In this document: positions 10,625 to 21,996 of the stretch, in pieces | Layout: the number at the start of each line of letters is the position of its first letter | Position numbering within the stretch: the stretch's first letter is position 1 | Virus record (IMG/VR): IMGVR_UViG_2663763326_000008 | Span: 1-50,429 of that record | Reading direction: 5' to 3' (one strand) | Length of the DNA stretch: 50,429 nucleotides | From: a virus | Taxonomy: Duplodnaviria; Heunggongvirae; Uroviricota; Caudoviricetes | Program-made: the position numbers and the translations under genes | Notes under the pieces: generated by a model | Databases searched by the model: none | What the model saw: only the letters and a program-made list of their open reading frames with translations | Told to the model about the DNA's origin: nothing

Positions 10625-11325
10625 CAGTCAATCAGCCCATGTAATCTAAGTGCCGTTTCAAGCGCCAGAATACGCTGCCGCGCCTGCTGCAAACCTGTAG
10701 CGAGAGCCGCGACTTCGGATTGTGTGTACGTAGTGCCGACCGTGTATGACTGGTTAGCGTTGAATGAGCCAAGAAGTGGCGTACCTGTGGCTGCAGTCCA
10801 TCCGGTCTGCCTTGCTCCAACGACCTGAATTCCATCAACTGAATATGATGTTTTTACATCCAGCGGTGACGCAAGAGACTGCGATTCGGTTACAGTTTTC
10901 GATACGTAATCACTCTTAATGTCAGATACATCGCTTTCTACGCCATCCAGTCTTTGGTCAACAGTGACCAGATGCGCCTGAATATCGATAACCTCATCCA
11001 GCAAGTAATCAACATCGCTACGCAGTACGACTATCTTCCCTTCGGCAGTTGTTAACCTGACCTCAAGTAGATTTATCGCTTTTGTGTTTGCGGTGATTCT
11101 TGCATCGTGATCAGCCAGTTCGACGTCCTGTTCATCGTTTTTCACCTGAGCATCGTAAGCGCCCTGACCAGCCTGATTTGCTTTCCCGGCAATTGCGCCG
11201 ACATCAGCTCCCTGATTTATGACATACAGCAGGTAAGACTGGCTGAATATATTGCGTGGAAGGATTGATGTATCGAGTCGTGTAGCCTGAATGATTACCG
11301 GCTCATTGAGATTCGAATCAGCCAT
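10624..11325 (-). CDS. Tail needle protein (P22 gp26-like)
   Basis: 233 aa; N-terminus [25 protein letters not shown] and C-terminal ...[15 protein letters not shown]...LRLHGLID match P22 gp26 from memory. Confidence 0.8.
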   Translation of the reverse strand: MADSNLNEPVIIQATRLDTSILPRNIFSQSYLLYVINQGADVGAIAGKANQAGQGAYDAQVKNDEQDVELADHDARITANTKAINLLEVRLTTAEGKIVVLRSDVDYLLDEVIDIQAHLVTVDQRLDGVESDVSDIKSDYVSKTVTESQSLASPLDVKTSYSVDGIQVVGARQTGWTAATGTPLLGSFNANQSYTVGTTYTQSEVAALATGLQQARQRILALETALRLHGLID

Positions 11326-12743
11326 TACTCGATCCTTATCTGGCAGCCTGACAGAGTGACAGGTGACTTAGTGATAACACGCAATTTGAAGCCGACATTT
11401 TTCCTGATGCGCCCAACTCGCTTCCACAAAACGCGTTTGTCGTAAACGAACGGTTCATTCTGCTCAATCATCTGCTCACGTCCGTAATTGATGCCGTCAG
11501 TGGTTGCAGAGAGGAACAGGCGGTCAGCGTACTGAGCTACGCCAGTGGATGATTCCACCTCCAGATCGAAGCATCTGGCGTTATCCGCTTTGAAGAGTGG
11601 AGTAAACAGCAGGTGTTCCTGTTGCTTGTCGTACTGGCTGCTGATATCGAACTGCAATTTGCCGGTAACCGATTCCAGCTTATCGCCGCACGTTATCTGA
11701 TTGCCTTCGTAAATGAAGTCGATAGCGCGGTACACATCGTCATACAGGCCTGTTTTCAGTACGCACCATTGCGGACCATTGGCGCTTGAAGATGCGTCGT
11801 ACACGAGAACATGGCGCGGAAGGTGGATAATCAGCAACTCATGAGCATCAAATCGCAGCGATTCCATCACACCATCAGCCAGCTCATCAGCAGTGTAGGA
11901 GCGGAGTATTTTCTCAATGCTCGCGCTGGCGATTGGTGATACCTGACCGGAACCGATGATGTACACAGACGGCGCACCTGTTGCCGGATTGCTGATGAAC
12001 GCATAAGAATCAGCGAATGGCGTTTTGCAGTAAGTCCCGGCAATGCCTTTCTGCACCATCAGCGATGGCTGTGCGACATACAGAGCAGCACCAACAGTGG
12101 TTGCACCAGTCAGGGAGAAATATTCAATAGTCGATGAACCAAAGCAGACGATGAAGTCTCGCCATGTCCCGATGCCAATGATGCCGTCAGGCTGCGATTC
12201 TGCACGATATTGTGCGCTGTATCGGTCAGGATGTGATTCGTCTTCAAGGTCAGTGATGAACCATGAATCAGTTCCGTCTTTTGACCACGCATAACGCCCA
12301 CGTAAGCGCGTAATGTCGCGGACTGCGCCTAACTCATACTGCGTGAATCCGCTGTCTGTAGGCCAGTTTGAGACGGTTTTAACCGTGCCATCATAACGAT
12401 ACTCGACCAGTTGACCATTAACGCCTACCGCCTGAGATGTCCGACCATGCGCCATTGATACGCGACCACTTCCGGCAACGTCACCGACTTCACTTTCTCC
12501 TTTGTACAGCTTGCCACCACACACACGATAAACAGCATTCTGCGCCATGTTGTACTCAACGCCGCGAGATACACCGTTCACATCAGAACGTTTGGCAATG
12601 CCCGGGAATGAGCGAAGATATCCGCTGCTGTTCAGGATTTCTTTGGGTGTAGCCAGCATATTCACTGGCAGATAGTCGATATAGTCGGCGTTTCGGAAGT
12701 CTTTGCCGACACCTTTCATAAGCGGAAGTTGCTGAATCGGCAT
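11325..12743 (-). CDS. Tail hub / head completion protein (P22 gp10-like)
   Basis: 472 aa (P22 gp10 is the same length as I recall); synteny. Confidence 0.7.
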   Translation of the reverse strand: MPIQQLPLMKGVGKDFRNADYIDYLPVNMLATPKEILNSSGYLRSFPGIAKRSDVNGVSRGVEYNMAQNAVYRVCGGKLYKGESEVGDVAGSGRVSMAHGRTSQAVGVNGQLVEYRYDGTVKTVSNWPTDSGFTQYELGAVRDITRLRGRYAWSKDGTDSWFITDLEDESHPDRYSAQYRAESQPDGIIGIGTWRDFIVCFGSSTIEYFSLTGATTVGAALYVAQPSLMVQKGIAGTYCKTPFADSYAFISNPATGAPSVYIIGSGQVSPIASASIEKILRSYTADELADGVMESLRFDAHELLIIHLPRHVLVYDASSSANGPQWCVLKTGLYDDVYRAIDFIYEGNQITCGDKLESVTGKLQFDISSQYDKQQEHLLFTPLFKADNARCFDLEVESSTGVAQYADRLFLSATTDGINYGREQMIEQNEPFVYDKRVLWKRVGRIRKNVGFKLRVITKSPVTLSGCQIRIE

Positions 12744-12752
12744 TTATTCACC

Positions 12753-13214
12753 TCACGTACTCGGTTCATCTTTCTCGATGTAAAACCGATTCCACGTAAA
12801 CGCGCTTTTGTTACCACTACCGCGAGGCATGTCATTTCGCCGCTCAAGTGGTGGTATTTTGGTTAAAGCGATACAGATTGTCTGATATGCACTGTCAGCA
12901 GCGGTAAGGAGAGCGTCTGACGGCTGAATGACGTTATCCATGCACACTTGCACAGCGAGTTTCAAAGCGACGCCATCATTTGCCCATGCAGGGATACCTG
13001 AATCATCGTCAGGTAACGGCATGATGCCGTTTTCTGTATCAGCAAACTGATATCCAAGTTCGATGCCTTTCGCCTGCCATGCTGCCATCATGTCTTCGAG
13101 GTCATTAATGGCATCTTCAATTGCCTGAGGGTCAGCATCTGTCAACGTGGCATTGGAATACAGCCCGGCTTTTCGTAAAGCCTTAAGAACGAGATCACCC
13201 TTCGTTTTCGCCAT
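12753..13214 (-). CDS. Head completion/tail accessory protein (P22 gp4-like)
   Basis: 153 aa; synteny between coat and gp10-like genes. Confidence 0.65.
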   Translation of the reverse strand: MAKTKGDLVLKALRKAGLYSNATLTDADPQAIEDAINDLEDMMAAWQAKGIELGYQFADTENGIMPLPDDDSGIPAWANDGVALKLAVQVCMDNVIQPSDALLTAADSAYQTICIALTKIPPLERRNDMPRGSGNKSAFTWNRFYIEKDEPST

Positions 13215-13422
13215 CTTCTTCCTCCTTAGCCACTTTATGCTTCGTTGCGGTTTCTTCAGGAGTTTTTACCCAGCCTTTTTTCAGGTGAGATTTAACTTCT
13301 TCGTCATCAACAATGATGTAATCGACAGCAAACTGACCACAGGTGATCATGTTGCCCGGCTTATAGAGCATTGTTCGTGCCATTGTCTTCTCCCAATAAA
13401 AATGGGGCCGAAGCCCCACCAA
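13195..13422 (-). CDS. Small hypothetical protein (start probably internal Met near 13383)
   Basis: 75-aa ORF between coat and gp4-like genes; acidic C-terminus. Confidence 0.3.
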   Translation of the reverse strand: MVGLRPHFYWEKTMARTMLYKPGNMITCGQFAVDYIIVDDEEVKSHLKKGWVKTPEETATKHKVAKEEEDGENEG

Positions 13423-13424
13423 AA

Positions 13425-14678
13425 TTACTGCCCGGCAATAACGATGCCCGTATATTCAGGAACAAGTACAGAGCAACCGTACAGAGTGGTGAAACGAGCA
13501 GTGGTTACGCCTTTGATGTGGTCGAAGGCGTAAGACATGATCAGCGTAGCGCCCTGCTCGGTGGTTGCTGTCATTACCTGTGGACCCTGACCAGTTGGGA
13601 ACGCCAGTTTGCCGTACATCAGTTCAACAGAACCATCAGCCCAGAACAGGTTAGCCGGTGCGGCATTTTTGTTGAGAATGGTAATTGCTGCACCATTTGC
13701 CGCGTTAGCATCAACGTTTGCATATGGTCGGCTGGCGACATCCGCGTTGTCAGGCGGCAGAATTTTCGGGGAGATAGTTACTGTCGTTCCGCTTACTGCC
13801 AGAACGCGGAATACCTGCGGCTGCCCGGTGGTGTCTTTGGTGATCTGGTGTACAGAATTCACGCCAGCAATGGTGAACGCATCGCCAACCTGCAAGCCTT
13901 TAGCAGATACCGTAATAGTCCCCTGTCGGTTATCAACTGGCATACCATTTGAATCTTTCGCTTCAACCTTGTGTTCAGGTTGGCCTGATACTGTCAAGGA
14001 TTCAGCGCTTCCTTTCGGTAATCGACCAGAAATATCGGTCTTGTAGCTATCAAAGGAAGCAACCGGAGGGATCTGCGCTTTTTCGTATGCTGTCAGGGTT
14101 GCGCCCTGAGCGTAGGCACGGTGACCAAGCTCGCCAGCAAGGTCTTTGTAGTTGAATGGGTTCCAGAAAGAGCGACGGTTGATACCCTGAGGTACACCAA
14201 TCGCCGTCATGGTGGCATCAATATCCGCCGCACCATTCCACAAGGCAAGGCCCCGTGAGCCATTTTCTGAGGCAGGAATTGCGACCACGTTAGTAGCACG
14301 CTGCGTGACCATGGAAATCAGGTCAGAGTCAATCTGTGCAGCAAGGCGCATACCTGCGGCTCGACCAGCTTCAGTTTTATGTTCCGGGTCACGCATTTCA
14401 CGCGCATCCAGAGTGTACAGAATGTTTTTCGGCTCCTTGAACACAGAAGGAACAAGGCGCTGAACCAGTGCTGTTGGTGTTTTTTCGCTGAGGTCCAAGC
14501 CCTCCTCAATGTTCATGTGGTAATGCTGCGGACGATACAGAACATCACCTGCTCGCTGCATTGCTGTATCACCGGGACGGAATTTTTTAGCGTTACGGGA
14601 AACTACGCAGGCGGCCTCAAAGCCTTCAACGTAGTTTTCGAACATGATTTCAAGGTCTTTTGCTAATTGGTTAGCCAT
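13425..14678 (-). CDS. Major coat protein (P22 gp5-like)
   Basis: 417 aa; position after scaffold gene; motifs such as NLFWADGSVEL resemble P22 coat NVFWADDAIRI from memory. Confidence 0.8.
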   Translation of the reverse strand: MANQLAKDLEIMFENYVEGFEAACVVSRNAKKFRPGDTAMQRAGDVLYRPQHYHMNIEEGLDLSEKTPTALVQRLVPSVFKEPKNILYTLDAREMRDPEHKTEAGRAAGMRLAAQIDSDLISMVTQRATNVVAIPASENGSRGLALWNGAADIDATMTAIGVPQGINRRSFWNPFNYKDLAGELGHRAYAQGATLTAYEKAQIPPVASFDSYKTDISGRLPKGSAESLTVSGQPEHKVEAKDSNGMPVDNRQGTITVSAKGLQVGDAFTIAGVNSVHQITKDTTGQPQVFRVLAVSGTTVTISPKILPPDNADVASRPYANVDANAANGAAITILNKNAAPANLFWADGSVELMYGKLAFPTGQGPQVMTATTEQGATLIMSYAFDHIKGVTTARFTTLYGCSVLVPEYTGIVIAGQ

Positions 14679-14696
14679 GCTTAATGCTCCGATAGG

Positions 14697-15590
14697 TTAT
14701 TTTTTTGCCTTTTTAGCGGCGAAATACGGCGTCCAGTCACCAGTTTCCAGCGCCTTGGCTTTCAGTTTGTCGAGGTTATTGATTACTGCGCCGTTGCTCC
14801 CCTTAACTGTCGGGGTTGTGGCTGCCGTGGTTTTTGCTTTTGGCATGATTCTGGCCTTAGATTCGATACGTTCCAGCAGACGACCAATTGCTACGGGGTT
14901 GGTAGCTTCTGCCAGTTGCTTGCGCAGTTCAGCGTTGCGACCAAGCGCCAGAACAACGATTTCCGGCTTCTCTGACTCAAACAGGATCGCGTTTTGTGTC
15001 TCGATGGGGATTTCCTCGAGTACGGCCTGTTCTGCTTCCTGATAGCCAGGAACCTTGAGAGCCTTAACACGTTGCTGATATTTGGATAATCGCTCTTGAT
15101 AGGCAGCCTGAAGCTCCTGCTCCTTCTGCTTGCGAGCCATCTCCTGTTGCTGGTACTTGCCGTTATCCTCTGCCCACTTAGCCATGCGTTGCTGGTAGAT
15201 TTCTTCATCGAAACCGATGTCCTCATCATCCAGTTTTGGCATTCGCGGTGGTTGAGTGATTACCGGCTGCTGCTCGACGGGTTTCTGAGACTGACGCATC
15301 AGCTCTTTCAGCTCGCGGTCTTTCTCTTTAATCGTCTTGCGCAGGTGTTTTACCAGTCCATGCTCTGCGCTATCTTCTCTGGTTGGCGAATCCAGCTTTT
15401 CATCACCAAAGTAGAATTCCTGCTCTGATTCGTCGTCATCAGTTTCAGTAGCTTCCTCTGCATCATTGCCGGAGGACTCACTGCCATCTTCTGTTTCGAC
15501 TTCTTCAGCCAGTTCGACATCATCAGGAATCTGCTCTGACGCGTCGGTTTCGATTTCAACTTCTGGTGTGTTTTCTGCCATCTGGTCCAT
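14697..15590 (-). CDS. Scaffolding protein
   Basis: 297 aa, highly acidic N-terminus, coiled-coil-like, between portal and coat genes. Confidence 0.7.
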   Translation of the reverse strand: MDQMAENTPEVEIETDASEQIPDDVELAEEVETEDGSESSGNDAEEATETDDDESEQEFYFGDEKLDSPTREDSAEHGLVKHLRKTIKEKDRELKELMRQSQKPVEQQPVITQPPRMPKLDDEDIGFDEEIYQQRMAKWAEDNGKYQQQEMARKQKEQELQAAYQERLSKYQQRVKALKVPGYQEAEQAVLEEIPIETQNAILFESEKPEIVVLALGRNAELRKQLAEATNPVAIGRLLERIESKARIMPKAKTTAATTPTVKGSNGAVINNLDKLKAKALETGDWTPYFAAKKAKK

Positions 15591-15680
15591 TTGTTACCCC
15601 TGTTTACTCGATGTTCAGCCCATCGGAAGGCAATAGGGTGCCAGGCCTCATAAAGACAGCCATTGCACGTTATGGGTTAA

Positions 15681-17879
15681 TTACTGCTGTGGTTGTTGCT
15701 GAGTTGATTTTTGCAGGATGCTGCTGATGTCCATGCGCTGCGCATGGCCCTGTGCCTGACTTTTCAGGACAAGCTCTGCATCAGCACGGGCATTATCTCC
15801 TTGCTGTTGCTGGAACTGTCCGAGCAGTTTCAGAGCCTCGCGGATATCAGATTTCTGCTGACTATCGGCAGATGCGAGTATTTTCACAACATTTGCCGCT
15901 GCAACCTGAGCATCAGTCTGTGCCTGGAATGCTTTAACCTGAATGGCTGCCTGTTCGTTCTGCGCTTTCTGCAATTCAGCCTGACCAGCAAGAAGCTGAC
16001 CTTGCGCTGCAACCATAGCCGGATCTGGCTGACTGGCCTGTTGTTGTTTCGCCTGCTCAACCATCTGCTGTTCTTCTGGTGTTCTCGGCTTGATAACTCC
16101 AGACAGAAGCAACTGATTGCGGTTGTATTCTTTAAGGTCGTCCATCCCTTCGCCGTCCATATTGTCGAGAATCATCGACGATACAAGGTCGTGCTTCGGC
16201 GTTCCTGGAGGGATAAGTGCCAGCATGGAAAGTAACGACTTAACCGTTGCATCACGGCGAGTAGCGAACGACTGACCGACATCGACAGTCACTTCATAGT
16301 TACCCTGCGAAAGGTCGTTAAGCGCGATAACCTGTCCTGTCTGACGGTCAACCACTTCACCAGTCATCAGCGCCACGTCATCGCTGCCGTCCTCATTAAC
16401 GATACGCATCGGCGTATCGCTGCCATAGACTTCACGCGCCATAGAAAGCCACACAACGCCAGCGCGACGCATAGATTTAGCCATGTTGTCCATGTAGATA
16501 TAGGACTGCGTGTCCATCCGGTTAAAGATGCTATCAACGGTATCGGTAGCGACGTTGCTCGGCATGTTCTCAAGCTGCGACGCACCTGTAATTTGCTGAA
16601 TAGCCGTTCCGGTGTACTGCAATAGTCCGGCAAGAGCAGGAGGCATTTGTGTTGGGGGTGTCCAGCCAGCAACCTGAGCTTCTGAAATGACTGTTCCGTT
16701 TTTGTCCTTCTTGCTGGTCATAGGAAGAACTGCAGGTCTTTTCTTATTCCTCTCTGCCCAGTGATTCATTAATGGGCCGGGAATGAAATCAACATCCACG
16801 ATAGGAATACCATCACCGCCAGCCTGAGTAGCGTTATCTGCAATCATGGAAACCATCAGGTTCTCAAGACGCTGTGCATCCATCGCTTTTGCTGCGTGGC
16901 CTTCGATTCGCTCCTGATTATCAACAAATGAACGACGCCCATATACCGGGATGAGAGGAATATGTTCGCCCGGAATACGCTTCGGTTCTTCCAGCCATTC
17001 AGCGCCAGACAGAAGACCGCAATAAACTCGGCGTTTCTTCACTGTCCGCTCACCAATCAGTTCGAATGCGCCATCGGTCAGCTCGTCGACAATATCTTTG
17101 ATTTGCTCTTCATCATAGATTGCCGTTTCTCCGCTAACAGGGTTGCGCCATGCCGTGAGCTTCACCTTCTCTATGCGAACTTCGTAGTAGCGACCAACAT
17201 AGATGGCATCTGGCGTTGACCAGTCATATTGAGTGCCAGTGTCATCACGAGAAAGGCTTGCCGCGATGGAATCAGGGTATTCAGCCTCGAACGCTTTAGG
17301 CGTCATGGAGAACATTTCCATAGCCCACATAGCATCAGAGCGGTCATATTGCTTGCTGTCCTGATCGAAGAAGACGCATGTCGCTGGGTCGTAAACAGGA
17401 AGAAGACTGATGCGTCGCTGCTCGTTACTCGGATCCATTTCATCTTCGTAATCGGCACACATGCGGAAACAACCGAATCCGCCCGTTACAGCATCATCAA
17501 ATGCGTTATCACACGCTTCGCCACCGGATGTTTCCTGATAGTCAGCGCGGAATTTGCCGTTCATTTTTTCGGCTAACGCTTCCGATGCCTTGTCATCCTT
17601 AGGCCTGAACTTAACGCTGATGCGATTCTGTCGATACTCGCCAATGATGCGATCACATTCACGGGCAATCTTATTCAGTTCAAAGCGCGGGTAATGCTCA
17701 AACCTGCCTTCATCAAATGAGTAACCAGCGTTTGTGCTGCCTTCCCACTGTGCGCCGGACACACGTACGAAACGTTGAGCCTCAATAATCTGCTCACGCA
17801 TATCCTGCGTTGCTGACCAGGCATTATCAAAGTTGCACAGCACCTTGCGATGCCAGTCAGTCATCTTTTTTTCTGCCAT
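15681..17879 (-). CDS. Portal protein (P22 gp1-like)
   Basis: 732 aa immediately downstream of terminase large subunit; Gln-rich C-terminal barrel-like tail. Confidence 0.85.
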   Translation of the reverse strand: MAEKKMTDWHRKVLCNFDNAWSATQDMREQIIEAQRFVRVSGAQWEGSTNAGYSFDEGRFEHYPRFELNKIARECDRIIGEYRQNRISVKFRPKDDKASEALAEKMNGKFRADYQETSGGEACDNAFDDAVTGGFGCFRMCADYEDEMDPSNEQRRISLLPVYDPATCVFFDQDSKQYDRSDAMWAMEMFSMTPKAFEAEYPDSIAASLSRDDTGTQYDWSTPDAIYVGRYYEVRIEKVKLTAWRNPVSGETAIYDEEQIKDIVDELTDGAFELIGERTVKKRRVYCGLLSGAEWLEEPKRIPGEHIPLIPVYGRRSFVDNQERIEGHAAKAMDAQRLENLMVSMIADNATQAGGDGIPIVDVDFIPGPLMNHWAERNKKRPAVLPMTSKKDKNGTVISEAQVAGWTPPTQMPPALAGLLQYTGTAIQQITGASQLENMPSNVATDTVDSIFNRMDTQSYIYMDNMAKSMRRAGVVWLSMAREVYGSDTPMRIVNEDGSDDVALMTGEVVDRQTGQVIALNDLSQGNYEVTVDVGQSFATRRDATVKSLLSMLALIPPGTPKHDLVSSMILDNMDGEGMDDLKEYNRNQLLLSGVIKPRTPEEQQMVEQAKQQQASQPDPAMVAAQGQLLAGQAELQKAQNEQAAIQVKAFQAQTDAQVAAANVVKILASADSQQKSDIREALKLLGQFQQQQGDNARADAELVLKSQAQGHAQRMDISSILQKSTQQQPQQ

Positions 17880-17880
17880 A

Positions 17881-19296
17881 TCAACCTACACCACAAGGAA
17901 TTGAGTAACTGGAATAGTCGGGTTGCGCAGCCGACTCCGGGCAATGCATACACATCATCAGCGCATCAGCCAGGTTAGGAGATGGAATACCGAGCTTCTG
18001 CTTCATTTCGACCTTAGTCATAAGCTCCAGCTTCCCGTTGTTATTGAATTTGCGCTGAATCTGCGTCAGTTCTGCAAACAGCTTCTCCAGCATCTTCTCG
18101 CCTATTGCTTCTTTGTCGAAACTCAGCATGTCGTCGGGGTCTGCATACTCACCGTGGACAACCGCCCGATATGTCAGATACAGCCTGTCAGCCAGCGCGT
18201 AATAGAATTGCGCTCGCTTATTGCGGAACACATCGCCAATAGTGCGAACGTTGTCGCCCTGTACGACTTCATCGGCCCATGCTCCGGCCTGATATGGTGC
18301 ATCTTCATCGAATGGCGATTCGCTACCCTTGAACATCGTGGCGGTGATTTTCTTGCCGGAGAACGCTTCCGTTGTCTGTCTGCGTAGCCCCGCACCAACA
18401 CCATCACCATCCCACAGGTAATGGTCAGCGCCGTCTTCAATTGCCAGCGAAGTAGCCCAGTCAGCACCCTCGTTGATATCCATCAGCAGACCTTCGGCAA
18501 TGCGCTTAACTACCGAACCGTGACGCGATGCATAACCTTTAGCATCTGGCCCTGTATCTGATGGGTCATGCGCAGAGACAACAGCGCCTTTCGCCTTCCA
18601 TCCGAGTTTCTTGTGCGCATCGGTTGCGGCTTCAAGCCATTCACGTTTGATGATTGCCATATCACTTGCGCTCACTGGCTCACCAAGCCAGATGTGACGA
18701 TACAGTGTCGGATTTCTGCGTTTACACTCTTCCATCTCCAGACGGAGAACTTCAGGAAAATGCGGATTGTCGGTGTAGTTCACCGTCAGCAGACAAATAT
18801 CATCGGGAGGATTTACAACGAATCGCTGATAGGTATCGTCGAGGATGTTCTTCGGGTTAAAGCTCACCCATATTTCAGAGAACGGCTTACGGATGGTTGG
18901 GATCAGGATATCCCACGATTCCTTTGTTACCGCTTCCGCTTCTTCCACCCAGCAGATATCAATGCCTTCGAGCGATTTAATCTTCGTCGGGTTGTTTTTG
19001 ATGCCATAGAACATGAATTCAGCATTTGTTCCGAGATGACGAATCATTGAACGCTGAATTTCAAACTCAGCCGAATACCCTTCCCGCTCTATGGTGTCTT
19101 CAAGCAACCGGATTACCGAATCGCTGATACTGTTTTGCAGTTCACGAGCGCAGAGAATACGCACAGGCTGCCGGCGCGCCGCTTCAACAAGCAGCCTCGC
19201 AATTGCCCATGATTTACCGCTACCTCGACCGCCTTTGGCGACTTTGTAGCGATGCGCCTCAATGAACGGTTCAAAGATAGGATTAATCGGAGTCAT
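17881..19296 (-). CDS. Terminase large subunit
   Basis: 471 aa; Walker A-like KGGRGSGKS near N-terminus; nuclease-domain acidic residues; gene order. Confidence 0.9.
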   Translation of the reverse strand: MTPINPIFEPFIEAHRYKVAKGGRGSGKSWAIARLLVEAARRQPVRILCARELQNSISDSVIRLLEDTIEREGYSAEFEIQRSMIRHLGTNAEFMFYGIKNNPTKIKSLEGIDICWVEEAEAVTKESWDILIPTIRKPFSEIWVSFNPKNILDDTYQRFVVNPPDDICLLTVNYTDNPHFPEVLRLEMEECKRRNPTLYRHIWLGEPVSASDMAIIKREWLEAATDAHKKLGWKAKGAVVSAHDPSDTGPDAKGYASRHGSVVKRIAEGLLMDINEGADWATSLAIEDGADHYLWDGDGVGAGLRRQTTEAFSGKKITATMFKGSESPFDEDAPYQAGAWADEVVQGDNVRTIGDVFRNKRAQFYYALADRLYLTYRAVVHGEYADPDDMLSFDKEAIGEKMLEKLFAELTQIQRKFNNNGKLELMTKVEMKQKLGIPSPNLADALMMCMHCPESAAQPDYSSYSIPCGVG

Positions 19297-19733
19297 TTTC
19301 CGAATAGAGTGCTCATCGGTGATGTTTCAATCTGAATTGCGCCGCCGTCTTTGCCTGTTAGCTCGTGATCAACCTTGTCGCGCCATTTATCCTTCTGTCG
19401 GTTCTTAAGCCAGAAGATGGCGGCGGTTGTATCAGGCGGGTAATACTTCTCAAGCGGAGTTTCGACAATTCTGTTTTCAATAACACGAATATCGATGTCT
19501 GGAGCCACGAAGCCCATAGCGCGTTGATAAAGACGATCACTAACTTCTGCATCAGCGACGGCCTTACCCTTTTTTATGGACTCTAAAAACTCCGGATATT
19601 CCAATTTCCAATTGTTGATTGTTGCCTCGCTAACTTCAAAGAAGTCCGCGAGTTCGGCGTCTGTATAGCCCAGCAAGCACAGTTTGCGTGCCTGTTCGGC
19701 ATACGCCTCTTGATACTTCGTTGGGCGCGCCAT
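19293..19733 (-). CDS. Terminase small subunit
   Basis: 146 aa, overlaps terminase large start; N-terminal HTH-like region. Confidence 0.7.
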   Translation of the reverse strand: MARPTKYQEAYAEQARKLCLLGYTDAELADFFEVSEATINNWKLEYPEFLESIKKGKAVADAEVSDRLYQRAMGFVAPDIDIRVIENRIVETPLEKYYPPDTTAAIFWLKNRQKDKWRDKVDHELTGKDGGAIQIETSPMSTLFGK

Positions 19734-19735
19734 GT

Positions 19736-19978
19736 TTATGCTCCGGTAGTGAACAGGTCTAACGCTTCCTTCGATTTACGCACCGCTTCGATTGTGCGGG
19801 TCGTGATATCTGAATTAGCGCCGCCTGACTGGAAGTGAATTTTGAATAGCTCAAGCTTCAGCTCGTCAGTGCCAATGAACTGAAATGCTTCTTCTGCGGC
19901 TGCGTTCTGGTTCATGACCAGTTTGTAAATCTCTAGCTGGAATTTCTGTTCTTCAGTCATGGGAATAATCTCTGCCAT
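19736..19978 (-). CDS. Hypothetical protein
   Basis: 80-aa ORF directly upstream of terminase small subunit. Confidence 0.4.
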   Translation of the reverse strand: MAEIIPMTEEQKFQLEIYKLVMNQNAAAEEAFQFIGTDELKLELFKIHFQSGGANSDITTRTIEAVRKSKEALDLFTTGA

Positions 19979-20425
19979 TGTTGGCTCCGTTTATCCGTTA
20001 AAAGGGATATCAGTTAAGTTATCCCGTGTAGGGTATAAGCCATTGTCGAGACCACTCATTGAATGGTCTCTGCAATAACCGATGTCTTTCCATCAGTCCG
20101 CCACCACAAAGAATCTTTTTTGCCATAAGGCTGGAGGTTCATCTTTCAGTGGCTGCCAGTGTTATTTCCCCACTTACTGGCTTGGGTTGTTTCGCTGTAC
20201 TGCCGTAACTGGTTGCCCAGAATAAATTCCGGTTTCATTATCAAGCCCACCCGTAGATAGGCTTTGTAATGAACTGGCTCTTATCTCAACGCAGCCCCTT
20301 ACCGCGCGCCAGATGCTCAACTTCAAGCATCAGCAATGAGATGTTTAATCTGGATTCACTCCAGAAGTGATCACCACCCTGTCTACAGAGCCAGATGTGA
20401 AGGATGATGAGTAAAATTATCGCTA

Positions 20426-20893
20426 TCATCGAAGGCATTGCGTCCTGATGTATTCCTGAAGCGTTCTCAGTGCTGTTTGGTCGCGGATAATTCCGTCCCG
20501 GACACCGAGAACGTTTCGTCCAGCAACTGGAGAGAGTTCGACGGTGGCATCATTGCCCATGCCGGAGGCGCCGGAGGTTTCGGCTGAGGATGGCACAGGG
20601 CATTTTCCTTTGACGAGCACCCTGCCACCATTATCAAGCTTGCGACGAAGAGCATCATTTTCAGCTTTCGCATCAGCTAACTCCTTCGTGTATTTAGCAT
20701 CGAGTACATCAGCAGCACGCTGGCGTTGCTGCATGTCAGTAATGGTGGCGGTCGCCTGCTTCAGCTCACTGACTTTTTTATCTCGCTGCTCTTTGTAGGC
20801 GATGGCGTTATCACGGTAATGATTAACAGCCCATAACAGGCAGACGATGATGCAGATAACCAGAGCGGAGATAATCGCGGTGACTCTGCTCAT
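20426..20893 (-). CDS. Rz: i-spanin Rz
   Basis: 155 aa; N-terminal TM then coiled coil; resembles lambda Rz from memory; follows endolysin. Confidence 0.85.
   Translation of the reverse strand: MSRVTAIISALVICIIVCLLWAVNHYRDNAIAYKEQRDKKVSELKQATATITDMQQRQRAADVLDAKYTKELADAKAENDALRRKLDNGGRVLVKGKCPVPSSAETSGASGMGNDATVELSPVAGRNVLGVRDGIIRDQTALRTLQEYIRTQCLR
20467..20673 (-). CDS. Rz1: o-spanin Rz1 (embedded in Rz, alternate frame)
   Basis: Lipobox VAGC, proline-rich PKPPAPPAW, embedded within Rz as in lambda. Confidence 0.65.
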   Translation of the reverse strand: MRKLKMMLFVASLIMVAGCSSKENALCHPQPKPPAPPAWAMMPPSNSLQLLDETFSVSGTELSATKQH

Positions 20894-21366
20894 ACCTCAA
20901 TCTCTCTGACCGTTCCGCCTGCTTCTTTGAATTTTGCAATCAGGCTGTCAACCTTATGCTCGAACTGACCATAACCAGCGCCCGGCAGTGAAGCCCAGAT
21001 ATTGCTGCAACGGTCGATTGCCTGACGGATATCACCGCGATCAATCATCGGCAAAGCGCCACGTTCCTTAATCTGCTGCAGCGCAACAGCGTCCTGGCTT
21101 TTGGGAGAGAAGTCTTTCAGGCCAAGTTGCTTGCGGTAGGCATCCCACCAACGGGAAAGAAGCTGGTAACGTCCGGCGGCTGTTGATTTGAGTTTGGGGT
21201 TTAGCGTGACAAGTTTGCGAGGGTGATCGGAGTAATCAGTGAATAGCTCTCCGCCTACAATGACGTCATAACCATGATTTCTGGTTTTCTGCCGTCCGTT
21301 ATCAGTTCCCTCTGACCACGCCAGCATATCGAGGAACGCCTTACGTTGATTATTGATTTCCACCAT
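20890..21366 (-). CDS. R: Endolysin, lambda R-type lytic transglycosylase
   Basis: 158 aa; [49 protein letters not shown] matches lambda R from memory. Confidence 0.9.
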   Translation of the reverse strand: MVEINNQRKAFLDMLAWSEGTDNGRQKTRNHGYDVIVGGELFTDYSDHPRKLVTLNPKLKSTAAGRYQLLSRWWDAYRKQLGLKDFSPKSQDAVALQQIKERGALPMIDRGDIRQAIDRCSNIWASLPGAGYGQFEHKVDSLIAKFKEAGGTVREIEV

Positions 21367-21673
21367 CTTCTACTCCGGCTTTTTTAGCAGCGAAGCGTTT
21401 GATAAGCGAACCAATCGAGTCAGTACCGATGTAGCCGATGAACACGCTCGTTATATAAGCGAGATTGCTACTTAGTCCGGCGAAGTCGAGAAGGTCACGA
21501 ATGAACCAGGCGATAATGGCGCACATCGTTGCGTCGATTACTGTTTTTGTAAACGCACCGCCATTATATCTGCCGCGAAGGTACGCCATTGCAAACGCAA
21601 GGATTGCCCCGATGCCTTGTTCCTTTGCCGCGAGAATGGCGGCTAACAGGTCATGTTTTTCTGGCATCTTCAT
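21350..21673 (-). CDS. S: Holin, lambda S-type
   Basis: 107 aa; [35 protein letters not shown] with dual-start motif, as lambda S107/S105. Confidence 0.9.
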   Translation of the reverse strand: MKMPEKHDLLAAILAAKEQGIGAILAFAMAYLRGRYNGGAFTKTVIDATMCAIIAWFIRDLLDFAGLSSNLAYITSVFIGYIGTDSIGSLIKRFAAKKAGVEDGGNQ

Positions 21674-21915
21674 GTCTTACCCCCAATAAGGGGATTTGCT
21701 CTATTTAATTAGGAATAAGGTCGATTACTGATAGAACAAATCCAGGCTACTGTGTTTAGTAATCAGATTTGTTCGTGACCGATATGCACGGGCAAAACGG
21801 CATGAGGTTGTTAGCGCAACCTCCTGCCACCCGCTTTCACGAAGGTCATGTGTAGAAGGCCGCAGCGTAACTATCACTGATGAATTCAGGATAGCCAGTG
21901 GCTACGGCTCAGTTA

Positions 21916-21991
21916 TGGTGCTGGTTAACGGACTTGAACCGCTACCCATTCGCTTACAAGGCGACTGCTCTACCATTGGAGCTAAACCAGC
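21916..21991 (-). tRNA. tRNA, anticodon tentatively UGU (Thr), CCA encoded
   Basis: Hand-folded cloverleaf: acceptor GCTGGTT/AACCAGC, T-arm AGCGG-TTCAAGT-CCGTT, anticodon loop CTTGTAA; coordinates +/-2. Confidence 0.6.
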
Positions 21992-21996
21992 ATATT

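Noticed and set aside
13609-14678. Antisense ORFs inside the coat gene (13609..14046, 14209..14463, 14379..14666)
   Set aside because: Embedded in the well-supported coat gene on the opposite strand; no independent support.
21780-21915. Possible third tRNA downstream of the two called tRNAs
   Set aside because: No T-loop (GTTCRA) or acceptor pairing found by eye; the palindrome gaggttg..caacctc there is more likely a terminator-like hairpin.
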